The notes below the pieces were generated by a model. That model ran no database searches and had not been told where the DNA came from. It saw only the letters and a list, made by a program, of their open reading frames with translations. Source: Cupriavidus sp. (GTDB lineage: Bacteria; Pseudomonadota; Gammaproteobacteria; Burkholderiales; Burkholderiaceae). From it: a stretch of DNA of 64,000 nucleotides. The position numbers and the translations under genes are program-made. Position 1 is the stretch's first letter; the number at the start of each line of letters is the position of its first letter. The stretch is from assembly GCA_031181345.1 (NCBI GenBank), contig JAPSLC010000009.1, forward strand, positions 59,532 through 123,531. Reading direction: 5' to 3'. This document shows positions 28,695 to 39,722 of this stretch, piece by piece.

Positions 28695-29726
28695 TCAGGT
28701 CGACCACAGCGGCGGTTCGTCCATCAGCGCGATCTGCTCGCGCAATTCGAGGATGCGATCCTGCCAGTAGCGTGCCGTGCCGAACCACGGAAAGGCCGCG
28801 GGAAACGCGGGATCGTTCCAGCGGCTCGCCAGCCAGGCGCTGTAGTGCAGCAGCCGCAGCGTGCGCAGCGCCTCGACCAGATGCAGCTCGCGCGCCGAGA
28901 ATTCGGCGAAGTCCTCGTAGCCGGCCACGATATCGGCCAGCTGGCTCTGCATCGAGGCGCGGTCGCCCTCCAGCAGCATCCACAGATCCTGCACCGCCGG
29001 GCCGGTCCGGCTGTCGTCGAAATCGACGAAATGCGGCCCCGTGCTGCCGCCGCGGGCCTGATCCGGTTCTATCCACAGCAGATTGCCGCGATGGCAGTCG
29101 CCATGCAGCCTGAAAAGCGCCACGTCGCCGGCGCGCTCGTAGCAGCGGCGCACGCCGTCGATCGCCAGGTCGGCGGCGGCCTGCCAGGCGGGCCGCAGCT
29201 CGGCCGGGATGCAGTCCTGCGTCAGCAGCCAGTCGCGCGGCGCCACGCCGAAGGTCTCGACATCGAGGGTCGGCCGGTGGACATAGGGCTGCGTCGCGCC
29301 CACGGCATGGATGCGGCCGATGAACCGACCGAGCCAGGTCAGCGTGTCGGCGCGATTGAGCTCGGGCTCGCGACCGCCGCAGCGCGGGAACACGGCGAAG
29401 CGAAAGCCGCCATGCGACAGCAGCGTGCTGCCGCCGCAATCGAGCGGCGGCACGGCCGGGATCTCGGCCTCGGCAAGCTGCCGCACGAAGGCATGTTCCT
29501 CGAGGATGGCGGCGTCGCTCCAGCGCCCGGGGCGGTAGAACTTCATCACCATCGGCGCGCCGTCCTCGACCCCGGCCTGCCAGACGCGGTTCTCGTAGCT
29601 GTTCAGCGCCAGCAGCCGGCCGTCGGGCACGAAGCCGGCCGCCTCGAGCGCATCGAGGATCAGGTCGGGCGTCAGTCCCGCAAAGGGAAGGTCCGACGAG
29701 GCGGCAGGATCGGGCGACATCACCAT
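28695..29726 (-). CDS. srkA: stress response serine/threonine kinase SrkA (RdoA/YihE)
   Basis: LNSYENRVWQ, KFYRPGRWS, LHGDCHRGN, HFVDFDD, GPAVQDLWML, LRTLRLLHYSAWLA. Confidence 0.93.
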   Translation of the reverse strand: MVMSPDPAASSDLPFAGLTPDLILDALEAAGFVPDGRLLALNSYENRVWQAGVEDGAPMVMKFYRPGRWSDAAILEEHAFVRQLAEAEIPAVPPLDCGGSTLLSHGGFRFAVFPRCGGREPELNRADTLTWLGRFIGRIHAVGATQPYVHRPTLDVETFGVAPRDWLLTQDCIPAELRPAWQAAADLAIDGVRRCYERAGDVALFRLHGDCHRGNLLWIEPDQARGGSTGPHFVDFDDSRTGPAVQDLWMLLEGDRASMQSQLADIVAGYEDFAEFSARELHLVEALRTLRLLHYSAWLASRWNDPAFPAAFPWFGTARYWQDRILELREQIALMDEPPLWST

Positions 29727-29757
29727 GGCTAAGCGCTAGCTTAGGACAGCGCGCGCG

Positions 29758-31329
29758 TCAGGACCCCTGCCGCGAGCGCTGTCCGCCCAGCAGCGCGGCC
29801 TGAGGACCGGGCCGGCGGTTGCGCGAGGGACCGTTCGACTCGGACGCCGCGCGCGGCGCCGCCTGCGAACGTTCGCCGTTGCCGGCAGGGCGGGCACCGC
29901 CCTTGGGCTGGCCGTTGGCGTGACCATTGGCGTGGCCGTTGGGCTTGCCATTGCGTTGCGGCGCGCTGCCCGCCTCCTGGGGCTGGCGGGCGGGACGCGG
30001 CTGGCGCGGCGGCCGGGCTTCCGCGCGGCGCTCGCCGGACGGCGCGCCAGCGGCGGGCTTGGCGGGCCTGGTGGCGCCATTGCCGGCGCCATTGCCGCCG
30101 CCATTGCCCTGCGGACGCCCCCGTCCACCGCCGCCATTCTGGCCGCGCGCCTGGCGACCCTTCTGGATCGGCTCGGGTGCGATGGTGGGATCGGGTTCGA
30201 AGCCCGGCAGCACGATCTGTTCGAGCGGCCGCTTGATCAGGCGCTCGATGTCGCGCAGCAGGCCATGCTCGTCGACGCAGACCAGCGACACCGCCTCGCC
30301 CTCGGCGCCGGCGCGGCCGGTGCGGCCGATGCGGTGCACATAGTCTTCCGGCACGTTGGGCAGATCGAAGTTGACCACATGGGGGAGCTGGTCGATATCG
30401 ATGCCGCGCGCCGCGATGTCGGTCGCCACCAGCAGCCGCAGCGTGCCGGCCTTGAACTCGGACAGCGCGCGCGTGCGCGCCGACTGGCTCTTGTTGCCGT
30501 GGATCGCCAGCGCCGACAGGCCTTCCTTGCTCAGTTGCTCGGCCAGCCGGTTGGCGCCGTGCTTGGTGCGGGTGAAGACCAGCACCTGGTGCCAGTCGTG
30601 CTCGCGCACCAGGTGGGCCAGCAGTTCGCGCTTGCGCTCGCGATCGACCGCATAGACGCGCTGCGCCACGGTCTCGGCGGTGGTGTTGCGGCGCGCGACC
30701 TCGATCGAGGCCGGATTGTCGAGCAGCCGGTCGGCCAGCGCGCGGATCTCGTCGGAGAAGGTCGCGGAAAACAGCAGGTTTTGCCGCTTGGGCGGCAGCA
30801 CGTTCAGGATCTTGCGGATGTCGTGGATGAAGCCCATGTCGAGCATGCGGTCGGCCTCGTCCAGCACCAGCATCTCGACATGCGACAGATCGATGGTGCG
30901 CTGGCCCACGTGGTCCAGCAGGCGGCCCGGCGTGGCCACCACGATATCGACGCCGCGCTTGAGCTGCTCGATCTGCGGATGGATGCCGACGCCGCCGAAC
31001 ATCACCATCGATCGCAGGCGCAGGTACTTGCCGTAGTTGCGCACGCTCTCTTCGACCTGCGCGGCCAGTTCGCGCGTCGGCGTCAGCACCAGCGCGCGGA
31101 TGCGGGGCCGTTCGCCGCGCGCCGGCGGCTCGGCCCGCGACAGCAGCTGCAGCATCGGCAGCGTGAAACCGGCGGTCTTGCCGGTACCGGTCTGGGCGCC
31201 GGCGAGCAGGTCGCCGCCCTTCAGGATCGCGGGAATGGCTTGCGCCTGGATCGGCGTGGGCGTGGAATAGCCCTGCTCCGCCACGGCGCGTACAAGCTTG
31301 TCAGACAAGCCTAGTTCAGAAAAAGACAT
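29758..31329 (-). CDS. rhlE: DEAD-box RNA helicase RhlE
   Basis: Q motif, [31 protein letters not shown]; low-complexity basic C-tail; start MSFSELGL at 31329. Confidence 0.93.
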   Translation of the reverse strand: MSFSELGLSDKLVRAVAEQGYSTPTPIQAQAIPAILKGGDLLAGAQTGTGKTAGFTLPMLQLLSRAEPPARGERPRIRALVLTPTRELAAQVEESVRNYGKYLRLRSMVMFGGVGIHPQIEQLKRGVDIVVATPGRLLDHVGQRTIDLSHVEMLVLDEADRMLDMGFIHDIRKILNVLPPKRQNLLFSATFSDEIRALADRLLDNPASIEVARRNTTAETVAQRVYAVDRERKRELLAHLVREHDWHQVLVFTRTKHGANRLAEQLSKEGLSALAIHGNKSQSARTRALSEFKAGTLRLLVATDIAARGIDIDQLPHVVNFDLPNVPEDYVHRIGRTGRAGAEGEAVSLVCVDEHGLLRDIERLIKRPLEQIVLPGFEPDPTIAPEPIQKGRQARGQNGGGGRGRPQGNGGGNGAGNGATRPAKPAAGAPSGERRAEARPPRQPRPARQPQEAGSAPQRNGKPNGHANGHANGQPKGGARPAGNGERSQAAPRAASESNGPSRNRRPGPQAALLGGQRSRQGS

Positions 31330-31672
31330 GGAATTCGTTTCGGCCGCCCCTTGCGCACGGATGCGCCAATCGTCGGGGCCGGCATGGGTAGTGGCGACTG
31401 GCCGGCTGCCGCAGTCACTGCCTGCATGGGCGGGACGAAGGGCGCCGGGGAAACGGAACGACTGCCTCCGCTTCCAGGTTCGGAAGGCCCGTAGTGTATC
31501 AGCCCCGCCGCATTCGCACCGGACGCGCCAATTGGCGAGCGGGTAGAATAGCGGGCTGTCCCGCCTGCCCTGCCCCCGCTCGCCTACCGGCCTGGCGCCG
31601 GCCTCCGCGGCAGGCCGTGTTACGCCCCCTGAAGCATCCGATGCCCCCAGGTCAACCACTGAGATCGGCACC

Positions 31673-33085
31673 ATGAATCCACGTCCCCAAGCCGCCGAGG
31701 CCACCCAGCCTGCGGCCGCCCCCGCCACGCCCGTCAAGAAGGTCTTCGTCAAGACCTACGGCTGCCAGATGAACGAGTACGACTCCGACAAGATGGTCGA
31801 CGTACTGCACGCCAGCCAGGGCCTGGAGAAGACCGACAACCCCGAAGACGCCGACGTGATCCTGTTCAACACCTGCTCGGTGCGCGAGAAGGCGCAGGAG
31901 AAGGTGTTCTCGGAACTGGGGCGGATGAAGGCGCTCAAGGCCGCCAAACCGGACCTGGTGATCGGCGTCGGCGGCTGCGTGGCCAGCCAGGAAGGCGCGG
32001 CCATCGTCTCGCGCGCGCCCTATGTCGACGTCGTGTTCGGCCCGCAGACGCTGCACCGGCTGCCCGACATGATCGCGCGCCGCCGCCAGAGCGGCCATTC
32101 TCAGGTCGATATCTCCTTCCCCGAGATCGAGAAGTTCGACCATCTGCCGCCCGCGCGCGTCGAGGGCCCGAGCGCCTTCGTGTCGATCATGGAAGGCTGC
32201 TCGAAGTACTGCAGCTACTGCGTGGTGCCCTACACCCGCGGCGAGGAAGTCTCGCGCCCCTTCGACGACGTGCTGGCCGAGATTGCCGGCCTGGCCGACC
32301 AGGGCGTGCGCGAGGTCACGCTGCTGGGGCAGAACGTCAACGCCTACCGCGGCCGGATGGGCGACACCAGCGAGATCGCCGACTTCGCGCTGCTGATCGA
32401 ATATGTGGCCGAGATCCCCGGCATCGAGCGGATCCGCTACACCACCAGCCATCCGAAGGAATTCACCGGGCGGCTGATCGACGTCTATGCGCGCGTGCCC
32501 AAGCTGGTCGACCACCTGCACCTGCCGGTGCAGCACGCCTCGGACCGCATCCTGATGGCGATGAAGCGCGGCTACAGCGTGCTCGAATACAAGAGCATCA
32601 TCCGCAAGCTGCGCGCGATCCGGCCGACCATGTCGATGTCGTCGGACTTCATCGTTGGCTTTCCGGGCGAAACCGACGCCGACTTCGACAAGCTGATGGC
32701 GATGGTCGAGGAGATCGGCTACGACACCTCGTTCTCGTTCATCTTCAGCCCGCGGCCCGGCACGCCGGCCGCCAACCTGCACGACGACACGCCGCACGAG
32801 GTCAAGCTGCGCCGGCTGCAGCGGCTGCAGGCGACCATCGAGGAGAACGTGCAGCGCATCAGCCGCGGCATGGTCGGCACGGTGCAGCGCATCCTGGTCG
32901 AAGGCCCCGCGCGCAAGGACCCGAACGAACTGCACGGCCGCACCGAGAACAACCGCGTGGTCAACTTCGCGCTGCCCGGCGTGCCGCAGGCCAGCCGCGA
33001 GCGGCTGATCGGCCAGATGGTCGAGGTGACGATCACCGAGGCCTTCCCGCATTCACTGCGCGGCGAGATCGTGGTGCGCCAGTAA
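31673..33085 (+). CDS. miaB: tRNA-2-methylthio-N6-dimethylallyladenosine synthase
   Basis: [21 protein letters not shown], radical [12 protein letters not shown]-terminal TRAM domain. Confidence 0.97.
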   Translation: MNPRPQAAEATQPAAAPATPVKKVFVKTYGCQMNEYDSDKMVDVLHASQGLEKTDNPEDADVILFNTCSVREKAQEKVFSELGRMKALKAAKPDLVIGVGGCVASQEGAAIVSRAPYVDVVFGPQTLHRLPDMIARRRQSGHSQVDISFPEIEKFDHLPPARVEGPSAFVSIMEGCSKYCSYCVVPYTRGEEVSRPFDDVLAEIAGLADQGVREVTLLGQNVNAYRGRMGDTSEIADFALLIEYVAEIPGIERIRYTTSHPKEFTGRLIDVYARVPKLVDHLHLPVQHASDRILMAMKRGYSVLEYKSIIRKLRAIRPTMSMSSDFIVGFPGETDADFDKLMAMVEEIGYDTSFSFIFSPRPGTPAANLHDDTPHEVKLRRLQRLQATIEENVQRISRGMVGTVQRILVEGPARKDPNELHGRTENNRVVNFALPGVPQASRERLIGQMVEVTITEAFPHSLRGEIVVRQ

Positions 33086-33152
33086 GCGCGATCCCCGGCA
33101 AGCCGCGCGCATGCCGAGGGCCAACGACGAACAAGAACGGAGCGCTCTCCCG

Positions 33153-34148
33153 ATGAAAATTCCTTCCGCAGAATTCGTGGCCCCCAAGGACGACAACGCG
33201 CGCCTGCAGAACCTGTGCGGGCCGCTGGACGAAAACCTGCGCCAGGTCGAACAGGCGCTGGACGTCACGATCCAGCGGCGCGGCCACAAGATGACGGTGC
33301 GCGGGGCCAATGCCAACGAGGCGGCCGCCGCGCTGGAGCGCTTCTATAACCAGGCCCGCTCGCCGCTGTCGATCGACGACGTGCAGCTGGGCCTGATCGA
33401 GACGCGCCAGTACGCCGCGCATGTCGCCGGCCCGCCCGGGGCGGACAACGACGCGGGCGGCGACGCCGACGACGAATCGCCGGTGCTGCATACCCGCCGT
33501 ACCGGCCTGGTCGGCCGCACCGCCGCGCAGCGCGACTACCTGCGCAATATCGTCTCGCACGACCTGACCATGGGCATCGGCCCGGCGGGCACCGGCAAGA
33601 CCTATCTGGCGGTGGCCTGTGCGGTCGATGCGCTCGAGCGCGACGCGGTCAAGCGCATCGTGCTGACCCGGCCCGCGGTCGAGGCGGGCGAGCGGCTGGG
33701 CTTCCTGCCGGGCGACCTGGCGCAGAAGGTCGATCCGTATCTGCGCCCGCTGTACGACGCGCTGTACGACCTGCTCGGCTTCGACCGCACGCAGAAGATG
33801 TTCGAGCGGCAGATGATCGAGATCGCGCCGCTGGCCTATATGCGCGGCCGCACGCTGAACCACGCCTTCATCATCCTGGACGAGGCGCAGAACACCACGC
33901 CGGAGCAGATGAAGATGTTCCTGACCCGGATCGGCTTCGGCTCCAAGGCGGTGATCACCGGCGACATCACGCAGATCGACCTGCCGCGCGGCCAGAAGAG
34001 CGGCCTGATCGAAGCGCAGCACGTGCTGCGCGACGTGCGCGGGGTCGCCGCGACGCGCTTTACCAGCATCGACGTGGTGCGGCATCCGCTGGTGGCGCGC
34101 ATCGTCGAGGCCTACGACGAATACCACGCCCAGCACAAGGACACCTGA
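33153..34148 (+). CDS. ybeZ: PhoH-like ATPase (YbeZ)
   Basis: [44 protein letters not shown]. Confidence 0.93.
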   Translation: MKIPSAEFVAPKDDNARLQNLCGPLDENLRQVEQALDVTIQRRGHKMTVRGANANEAAAALERFYNQARSPLSIDDVQLGLIETRQYAAHVAGPPGADNDAGGDADDESPVLHTRRTGLVGRTAAQRDYLRNIVSHDLTMGIGPAGTGKTYLAVACAVDALERDAVKRIVLTRPAVEAGERLGFLPGDLAQKVDPYLRPLYDALYDLLGFDRTQKMFERQMIEIAPLAYMRGRTLNHAFIILDEAQNTTPEQMKMFLTRIGFGSKAVITGDITQIDLPRGQKSGLIEAQHVLRDVRGVAATRFTSIDVVRHPLVARIVEAYDEYHAQHKDT

Positions 34149-34149
34149 T

Positions 34150-34947
34150 TTGACCAGCAAGACATCGGCAAAAAACGCGGCCAACAGCGTGGGCAAGAAT
34201 GCGGCCACCGGCGCCGCCCCCAGCGTGATCCTGTTCGACGGCGAAGGCCGCGCCCGCAAGAGCGCCGCGCACGCGCTGCGCGTGCAGCTGCCCGACGGCC
34301 GCAGCCTGACCGTCGACCTGTCGCAAGCCGCCGACGGCGTGGTGTCGCTGCTGGCCGAGCACAGCGATCCGCGCCAGCGCGCGGGCCTGCTGGCCCGCCC
34401 GGACAGCCACGACGCGCTGGCGGTGGCGGTCACCGCCACGCCGCAGCTGACCACCACCGGCACGCCGGCCACGCCGCCCGAACTGACGCTCGACGTGCAG
34501 TACGGCGACGGCATCCGCGGCCGGCGTGGTCTGCCGCCGCGCGCGCGGCTGCAGACCTGGCTGCGCTCGGCGCTGTTCGCCGACGCCCAGCTGACCGTGC
34601 GCTTCGTCGACGAGGACGAGGGCCGCGCGCTGAACCGGGGCTTTCGCGGCAAGGACTACGCGACCAATGTGCTGACCTTCGCCTATGCCGAGCACGACGA
34701 CGACCCGGTCAGCGCCGACATCGTGCTGTGCTGCCCGGTGGTCGAGCGCGAGGCGCGCGAACAGGGCAAGCCGCTGGAGGCTCACTACGCGCATCTGCTG
34801 GTGCACGGCGCGCTGCACGCACAGGGCTACGAGCACGAGGACGATGCCGAGGCAGAGGAGATGGAGGCCATCGAGACCGAGACGCTGCTTGCGCTGGGCT
34901 TTGCCGACCCGTACCGCGACGACCGGGGTCCGCGCCTGGGACACTGA
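34150..34947 (+). CDS. ybeY: endoribonuclease YbeY with about 110-aa N-terminal extension
   Basis: [17 protein letters not shown] and [15 protein letters not shown] (H3xH5xH); TTG start 1 nt after the ybeZ stop. Confidence 0.9.
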   Translation: MTSKTSAKNAANSVGKNAATGAAPSVILFDGEGRARKSAAHALRVQLPDGRSLTVDLSQAADGVVSLLAEHSDPRQRAGLLARPDSHDALAVAVTATPQLTTTGTPATPPELTLDVQYGDGIRGRRGLPPRARLQTWLRSALFADAQLTVRFVDEDEGRALNRGFRGKDYATNVLTFAYAEHDDDPVSADIVLCCPVVEREAREQGKPLEAHYAHLLVHGALHAQGYEHEDDAEAEEMEAIETETLLALGFADPYRDDRGPRLGH

Positions 34948-34985
34948 GGGATGAGCCTGCGGGGTGACAGGGGGCGCCGCTTGCC

Positions 34986-35020
34986 CTCTCCCCCAACCCC
35001 TCTCCCGCAAGCGGGCTAGG
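34986..35020. repeat. REP-like element, family A (single copy)
   Basis: CTCTCCCCCAACCCTCTCCCGCAAGCGGGCTAGGG is the reverse complement of the unit at 19539-19577, with few mismatches. Confidence 0.75.
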
Positions 35021-35153
35021 GCAGAAAACCGTCCAGTGCGATCCCGGCGCCGCATCGGACCGGTCAGCGGCGCCGGCCCGCGGCCGCCGCGGGCTGGACC
35101 GAAAAACAATTGGTGTATGCTTGCTCCGGTATCCACCACGCGCAACTTGCGCC

Positions 35154-36026
35154 ATGAACGACCCTTACCCTAGTTCGAAGGCGGTCGACCGACCCCGGTC
35201 CCTGCTCGAACGACTGAGCGATCTGATTTCTCCCGAGCCCGAATCGCGGGCAGAATTGCTCGAAGTCCTCCAGGACGCCCACGCCCGCAATCTGATCGAC
35301 GCCGAGTCGCTCTCGATGATCGAAGGCGTGTTCCAGGTCTCGGAATTGACCGCGCGCGACATCATGGTGCCCCGCGCCCAGATGGACGCGGTCAATATCG
35401 CCGATGCGCCGGAAGCCTTCATCCCCTTCATGCAGGAGACCGCGCACTCGCGCTTTCCGGTCTACGAAGGCAGCCGCGACAACATCATCGGCATCCTGCT
35501 CGCCAAGGACCTGCTGCGCTACTACACCGACAGCGACTTCGACCTGCGCGAGATGCTGCGGCCGGCCGTCTTCATCCCCGAGTCCAAGCGCCTGAACATC
35601 CTGCTGCGCGAATTCCGCAACAACCGCAATCACATCGCGATCGTGGTCGACGAGTACGGCGGTGTCGCCGGGCTGGTCACGATCGAGGATGTGCTGGAGC
35701 AGATCGTCGGCGACATCGAGGACGAATTCGATCTCGACGAGGATGACGACAACATCGTTTCGCTGCCCGACGGCAGCTGGCGCGTGCATGGACTGACCGA
35801 GATCGAGCAGTTCAACGAGACCTTCGGCACCCAGTTCCCCGACGACGACGTCGATACGGTCGGCGGCCTGCTGACCAACCATGTCGGCCATGTGCCGCAC
35901 CGCGGGGAAATCATCACGCTGCCGCCGCTGCGCTTCGAGGTGCTGCGCGCCGATGCGCGCCAGCTGCACCTGCTGCTGGTCCGGCGCGAAGCGGCGGCGA
36001 TCACAGACACCGTGGCCAACGCATGA
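35154..36026 (+). CDS. corC: CorC/HlyC (YbeX) CBS-domain Mg/Co transport-associated protein
   Basis: IMVPRAQM, HSRFPVY, AIVVDEYGGVAGLVTIEDVLEQIVGDIEDEFD, DTVGG. Confidence 0.92.
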   Translation: MNDPYPSSKAVDRPRSLLERLSDLISPEPESRAELLEVLQDAHARNLIDAESLSMIEGVFQVSELTARDIMVPRAQMDAVNIADAPEAFIPFMQETAHSRFPVYEGSRDNIIGILLAKDLLRYYTDSDFDLREMLRPAVFIPESKRLNILLREFRNNRNHIAIVVDEYGGVAGLVTIEDVLEQIVGDIEDEFDLDEDDDNIVSLPDGSWRVHGLTEIEQFNETFGTQFPDDDVDTVGGLLTNHVGHVPHRGEIITLPPLRFEVLRADARQLHLLLVRREAAAITDTVANA

Positions 36027-37675
36027 AGCGGCTGGCGCAGGGCTGGAACGGCGCCACCGCTGCCGAACTCGAGACATCGCTCGCCGACACCGGCCGCGTC
36101 CGCGCGCGCTGGGGCCATCTGCTGCTGGCCGGCGTGCTCGGCGTCGCCCATACCCAGGCCTTCGCGCCGCGCGACTGGTGGTGGCTGCAAATCCTGGCGC
36201 TGGCGGGACTGGCGGCGCTGCTGTTCGACACCCGCCGCGCGCGCGACGCCGCCGCGCTGGGCTACGCCTTCGGGCTGGGCTGGTTCCTGTCCGGAATCTG
36301 GTGGGTCTATATCAGCATGCACGTCTACGGCGAGATGCCGGCCTGGATGGCCGCCATCGCGGTGCTGCTGTTCTCGGGCTACCTCGCGCTGTACCCCGCA
36401 CTGGCGGCCGCGGCCTGGCATCGCGCCACCGCGCCGCGGCGCTTCGACACGGCCCGGCGCGCGGGCGCCTTCGGCCTGCTGGCCGCGCCGCTGGCGTTCG
36501 GCGCGGCCTGGGGCCTCACCGAATGGCTGCGGGGCGTGATCTTCACCGGTTTCCCGTGGCTGGCAAGCGGCTACGCGCATACCGATGGCCCGCTGGCCGG
36601 CTACGCGCCGCTGCTCGGCGTCTACGGCATCAGCGCGCTCGCGGCGGTCTGTGCCGCCTGGCTGGCCGCGCTGGCGCGCGTCGCCCGCCCGGCATCGGGG
36701 CACGATGGCCGTGCCGCCGGGCTGTCATCGAGGCTCGCGGTTCCGCTCGGGCTGGTGGTGCTGCTCGGTTCCGGCTGGCTGCTGGCGGGCCGCGCCTGGA
36801 CCGAACCGGTGGGCGAACCGCTGTCCGTGCGGCTGCTGCAGGGCAATGTGCCGCAGGACATCAAGTTCGAGGCGGCCGGCATCGCGCGCTCGAACGCGCT
36901 GTACCGGGACATGATCACCGCCGCTCCGGCCGACCTGGTGGTCACGCCGGAGACGGCGTTTCCGCTGATCCTGCAGGACATGCCGCCGGAGATCGCGCTG
37001 GCGCTGCGGCAGTTCAGCGTCGGCACCGGCACCGCGCTGCTGTTCGGCGCGGCCGGCGCCGACTCGCCGATCGACTTCACCAACAGCGTGTTCGGCATCG
37101 GCCCCGAGATGAAGGGCCTGTACCGCTACGACAAGCACCACCTGGTGCCCTTCGGCGAGTTCATTCCCTGGGGCTTCCGCTGGTTCGTCGACATGATGAA
37201 GATGCCGCTGGGGGACTTCCGCCGGGGTGGGCTGGCGCAGGCGCCGCTGCCGGTGCGCGGCGTCATGGTGGCACCCAATATCTGCTACGAGGATCTGTTC
37301 GGCGAGGAAATCGCGCGCACGCTGCGCGGCCAGCCGCAGCCGGCCAATGTGCTGGTCAACCTGACCAACCTGGCGTGGTTCGGCGACACCATCGCGCTGG
37401 ACCAGCACCTGCAGATCTCGCGGATGCGCGCGCTGGAGACGCGCCGGCCGATGCTGCGCTCGACCAATACCGGCATGACCGCCGTGGTGGCGCCGGACGG
37501 CAGCGTATCGGCGCGGCTGGCGACCTTCACCACCGGCACGCTGAGCGCGCAGGTGCAAGGCACGCGCGGGCTGACGCCCTACGTACGGGTCGGCAATGTG
37601 CCGGCAGTGCTCGGCTGCCTGCTGGTCCTGCTGCTGGTGGCCTGGCGCGCAGGGCGCCCGACCGCTCGCGCGTGA
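36023..37675 (+). CDS. lnt: apolipoprotein N-acyltransferase
   Basis: Membrane N-terminus, TGFPW, QGNVPQDIK, TPETA, YDKHHLVPFGE, ICYEDLF catalytic motifs. Confidence 0.95.
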   Translation: MKRLAQGWNGATAAELETSLADTGRVRARWGHLLLAGVLGVAHTQAFAPRDWWWLQILALAGLAALLFDTRRARDAAALGYAFGLGWFLSGIWWVYISMHVYGEMPAWMAAIAVLLFSGYLALYPALAAAAWHRATAPRRFDTARRAGAFGLLAAPLAFGAAWGLTEWLRGVIFTGFPWLASGYAHTDGPLAGYAPLLGVYGISALAAVCAAWLAALARVARPASGHDGRAAGLSSRLAVPLGLVVLLGSGWLLAGRAWTEPVGEPLSVRLLQGNVPQDIKFEAAGIARSNALYRDMITAAPADLVVTPETAFPLILQDMPPEIALALRQFSVGTGTALLFGAAGADSPIDFTNSVFGIGPEMKGLYRYDKHHLVPFGEFIPWGFRWFVDMMKMPLGDFRRGGLAQAPLPVRGVMVAPNICYEDLFGEEIARTLRGQPQPANVLVNLTNLAWFGDTIALDQHLQISRMRALETRRPMLRSTNTGMTAVVAPDGSVSARLATFTTGTLSAQVQGTRGLTPYVRVGNVPAVLGCLLVLLLVAWRAGRPTARA

Positions 37676-37678
37676 GCC

Positions 37679-37771
37679 TTACTGGATCACGCCCACCGCG
37701 ATCGATACCGCGGCAGCCGCCGCCATCACCGCCAGGGCGACCCGATAGGGCTTGTGCGAAAGAAACGACAT
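37679..37771 (-). CDS. putative 30-aa single-TM small protein (MSFLSHKPYRVALAVMAAAAAVSIAVGVIQ)
   Basis: GGGGA SD-like element upstream, hydrophobic C-terminal half, stop 3 nt from the convergent lnt stop, AT-rich promoter-like stretch at 37843-37870. Confidence 0.45.
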   Translation of the reverse strand: MSFLSHKPYRVALAVMAAAAAVSIAVGVIQ

Positions 37772-38084
37772 GATGGTTGTCCCCGTTGTCCTGGCGCCGA
37801 CGGGCGCCTGCCAGGCGCCGTCCGCTGCCTCTGTCGAACAGCTTTTCAATAATGTATACAAAAATCGATAACGGCAGGCGCTTCGGAAACTTGAATGACC
37901 TCGGGATTTACCCGAAGTCCCTGACCACCCGCCCCGCCCTTCCCTTCGGCGGCCGCCGGGCAAAAACCCGCTAGAATTCTGGGTTTGGCAACGGCGGGAC
38001 CGGCCGGCCGGCCGCCGTCCCCTGCCCGCTTCCGCTTCGGTGGCCCGCCGCCGGGCCAACTCTCCGCGATCCGTCGTCTTCGTT

Positions 38085-39068
38085 ATGCTGACCTTCCAAC
38101 AAATGATCCTTACCTTGCAGTCCTACTGGGACCGGCAAGGATGCGCGCTGTTGCAACCCATCGATCTGGAGGTTGGCGCCGGTACCTCGCACGTGCATAC
38201 CTTCCTGCGCGCGATCGGCCCCGAGCCGTGGCGCGCCGCCTATGTGCAACCGTCGCGCCGCCCGAAGGATGGCCGCTACGGCGAGAACCCGAACCGGCTG
38301 CAGCATTACTACCAGTACCAGGTCGTGCTCAAGCCCGCGCCGGAGAACATCCTGGAGCTGTACCTGGGCTCGCTCGAGGCGCTGGGCCTGGACCTGAAGC
38401 AGAACGACATCCGCTTCGTCGAGGACGACTGGGAAAACCCGACGCTGGGCGCCTGGGGCCTGGGCTGGGAGGTCTGGCTCAACGGCATGGAGGTGACCCA
38501 GTTCACCTACTTCCAGCAGGTCGGCGGCATCGACTGCAAGCCGATCACGGGCGAGATCACCTACGGCATCGAGCGCCTGGCGATGTATCTGCAGGGCGTC
38601 GAGAACGTCTACGACCTGGTCTGGACCGAGTGGGAAGAGAACGGCAAGACCCGCCGCCTGACCTACGGCGACGTCTATCACCAGAACGAGGTCGAGCAGT
38701 CGACCTACAACTTCGAGCAGAGCAATACCGAGATCCTGTTCCGCCATTTCGCCGAGCACGAGGGCGAGGCCAAGCGGCTGATGGGCGTCGGCGCAGACGG
38801 GGACGCAGCCCAGGCGGCGAGCGTCAAGCTGGCGCTGCCGGCCTACGAGCAGGTGCTCAAGGCCGCCCACACCTTCAACCTGCTGGACGCGCGCGGCGCG
38901 ATTTCGGTGACCGAGCGCGCCGCCTACATCGGCCGCATCCGCAATCTGTCGCGGCTGGTCGCGCAGGCCTACTACGAATCGCGCGAGGCGCTGGGCTTCC
39001 CGATGTGCGGGACGGCCGGCGCGGACGCCACCGCCGGCGCCACACGCTCCGCCGAGGCCGCCGCATGA
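38085..39068 (+). CDS. glyQ: glycine-tRNA ligase subunit alpha
   Basis: [48 protein letters not shown]. Confidence 0.98.
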   Translation: MLTFQQMILTLQSYWDRQGCALLQPIDLEVGAGTSHVHTFLRAIGPEPWRAAYVQPSRRPKDGRYGENPNRLQHYYQYQVVLKPAPENILELYLGSLEALGLDLKQNDIRFVEDDWENPTLGAWGLGWEVWLNGMEVTQFTYFQQVGGIDCKPITGEITYGIERLAMYLQGVENVYDLVWTEWEENGKTRRLTYGDVYHQNEVEQSTYNFEQSNTEILFRHFAEHEGEAKRLMGVGADGDAAQAASVKLALPAYEQVLKAAHTFNLLDARGAISVTERAAYIGRIRNLSRLVAQAYYESREALGFPMCGTAGADATAGATRSAEAAA

Positions 39069-39658
39069 ACTCGATGGCACGCCGTGCGCTGTGCTGCGCG
39101 CTGGCGGTGGCCGCCGCGGGCGGTGCGCACGCCATCGTGCCGTCGGCTTATGCCCAGGCCTCGCAGGTGCTCTACCCCTCGGCCGAGCAGGCCAATGTCT
39201 GCGAAGGCGATTCGCAGGCACTGCAGCAGTCCATCAACAAGCATCTGCAGCCGAGCGCCAATGCGATCGACCAGTGGACGCAGCTGGTGCGCTCGATGTC
39301 GTGCGACCTGTCCGGGTCCAAGGACCTGGGCTGGCGGCGCGTGCCGCTGCGCGCCTACGAGAGCGCGATCCGCTATCCGCTGACCTGGGTCGAGACCGTG
39401 CATCGCAACGGCCGGCAACGGCGCCTGGTGCGGACCTATCATTCGGCCTCGCAGTTGCCGCCGCGGATCGATTTCTGGATCGGCGGGCGCATCGACGAGA
39501 TCCGCTACGATCGCCGCCATCACCGGCTGTACGCGCGCTTTTCCGCCAACAGCGAGAAGCTGGCCGGCAATGCGCCGTCCGCGTGCCGCTCGACCACGCT
39601 GCAGTTTCGCCAGCAGCACGGGCTGTGGCTGCTGTCCGGCGTCGAACCGCGCTGTTGA
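39065..39658 (+). CDS. hypothetical exported protein (197 aa) inserted between glyQ and glyS
   Basis: ATG overlaps the glyQ TGA (ATGA); N-terminal signal peptide; host-like GC3-rich codons; four Cys in the mature region. Confidence 0.72.
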   Translation: MNSMARRALCCALAVAAAGGAHAIVPSAYAQASQVLYPSAEQANVCEGDSQALQQSINKHLQPSANAIDQWTQLVRSMSCDLSGSKDLGWRRVPLRAYESAIRYPLTWVETVHRNGRQRRLVRTYHSASQLPPRIDFWIGGRIDEIRYDRRHHRLYARFSANSEKLAGNAPSACRSTTLQFRQQHGLWLLSGVEPRC

Positions 39659-39722
39659 GCGCCGCTGAACCTTTCCGGCGCCGCCGATGCCGGCGTGCGC
39701 CACAAACCGTTGGAACCGATTC

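Noticed and set aside
29758-30150. Repetitive GGNG/ANGH tract at the 3' end of rhlE as a separate repeat element
   Set aside because: Low-complexity basic C-terminal tails are normal for RhlE-type helicases.
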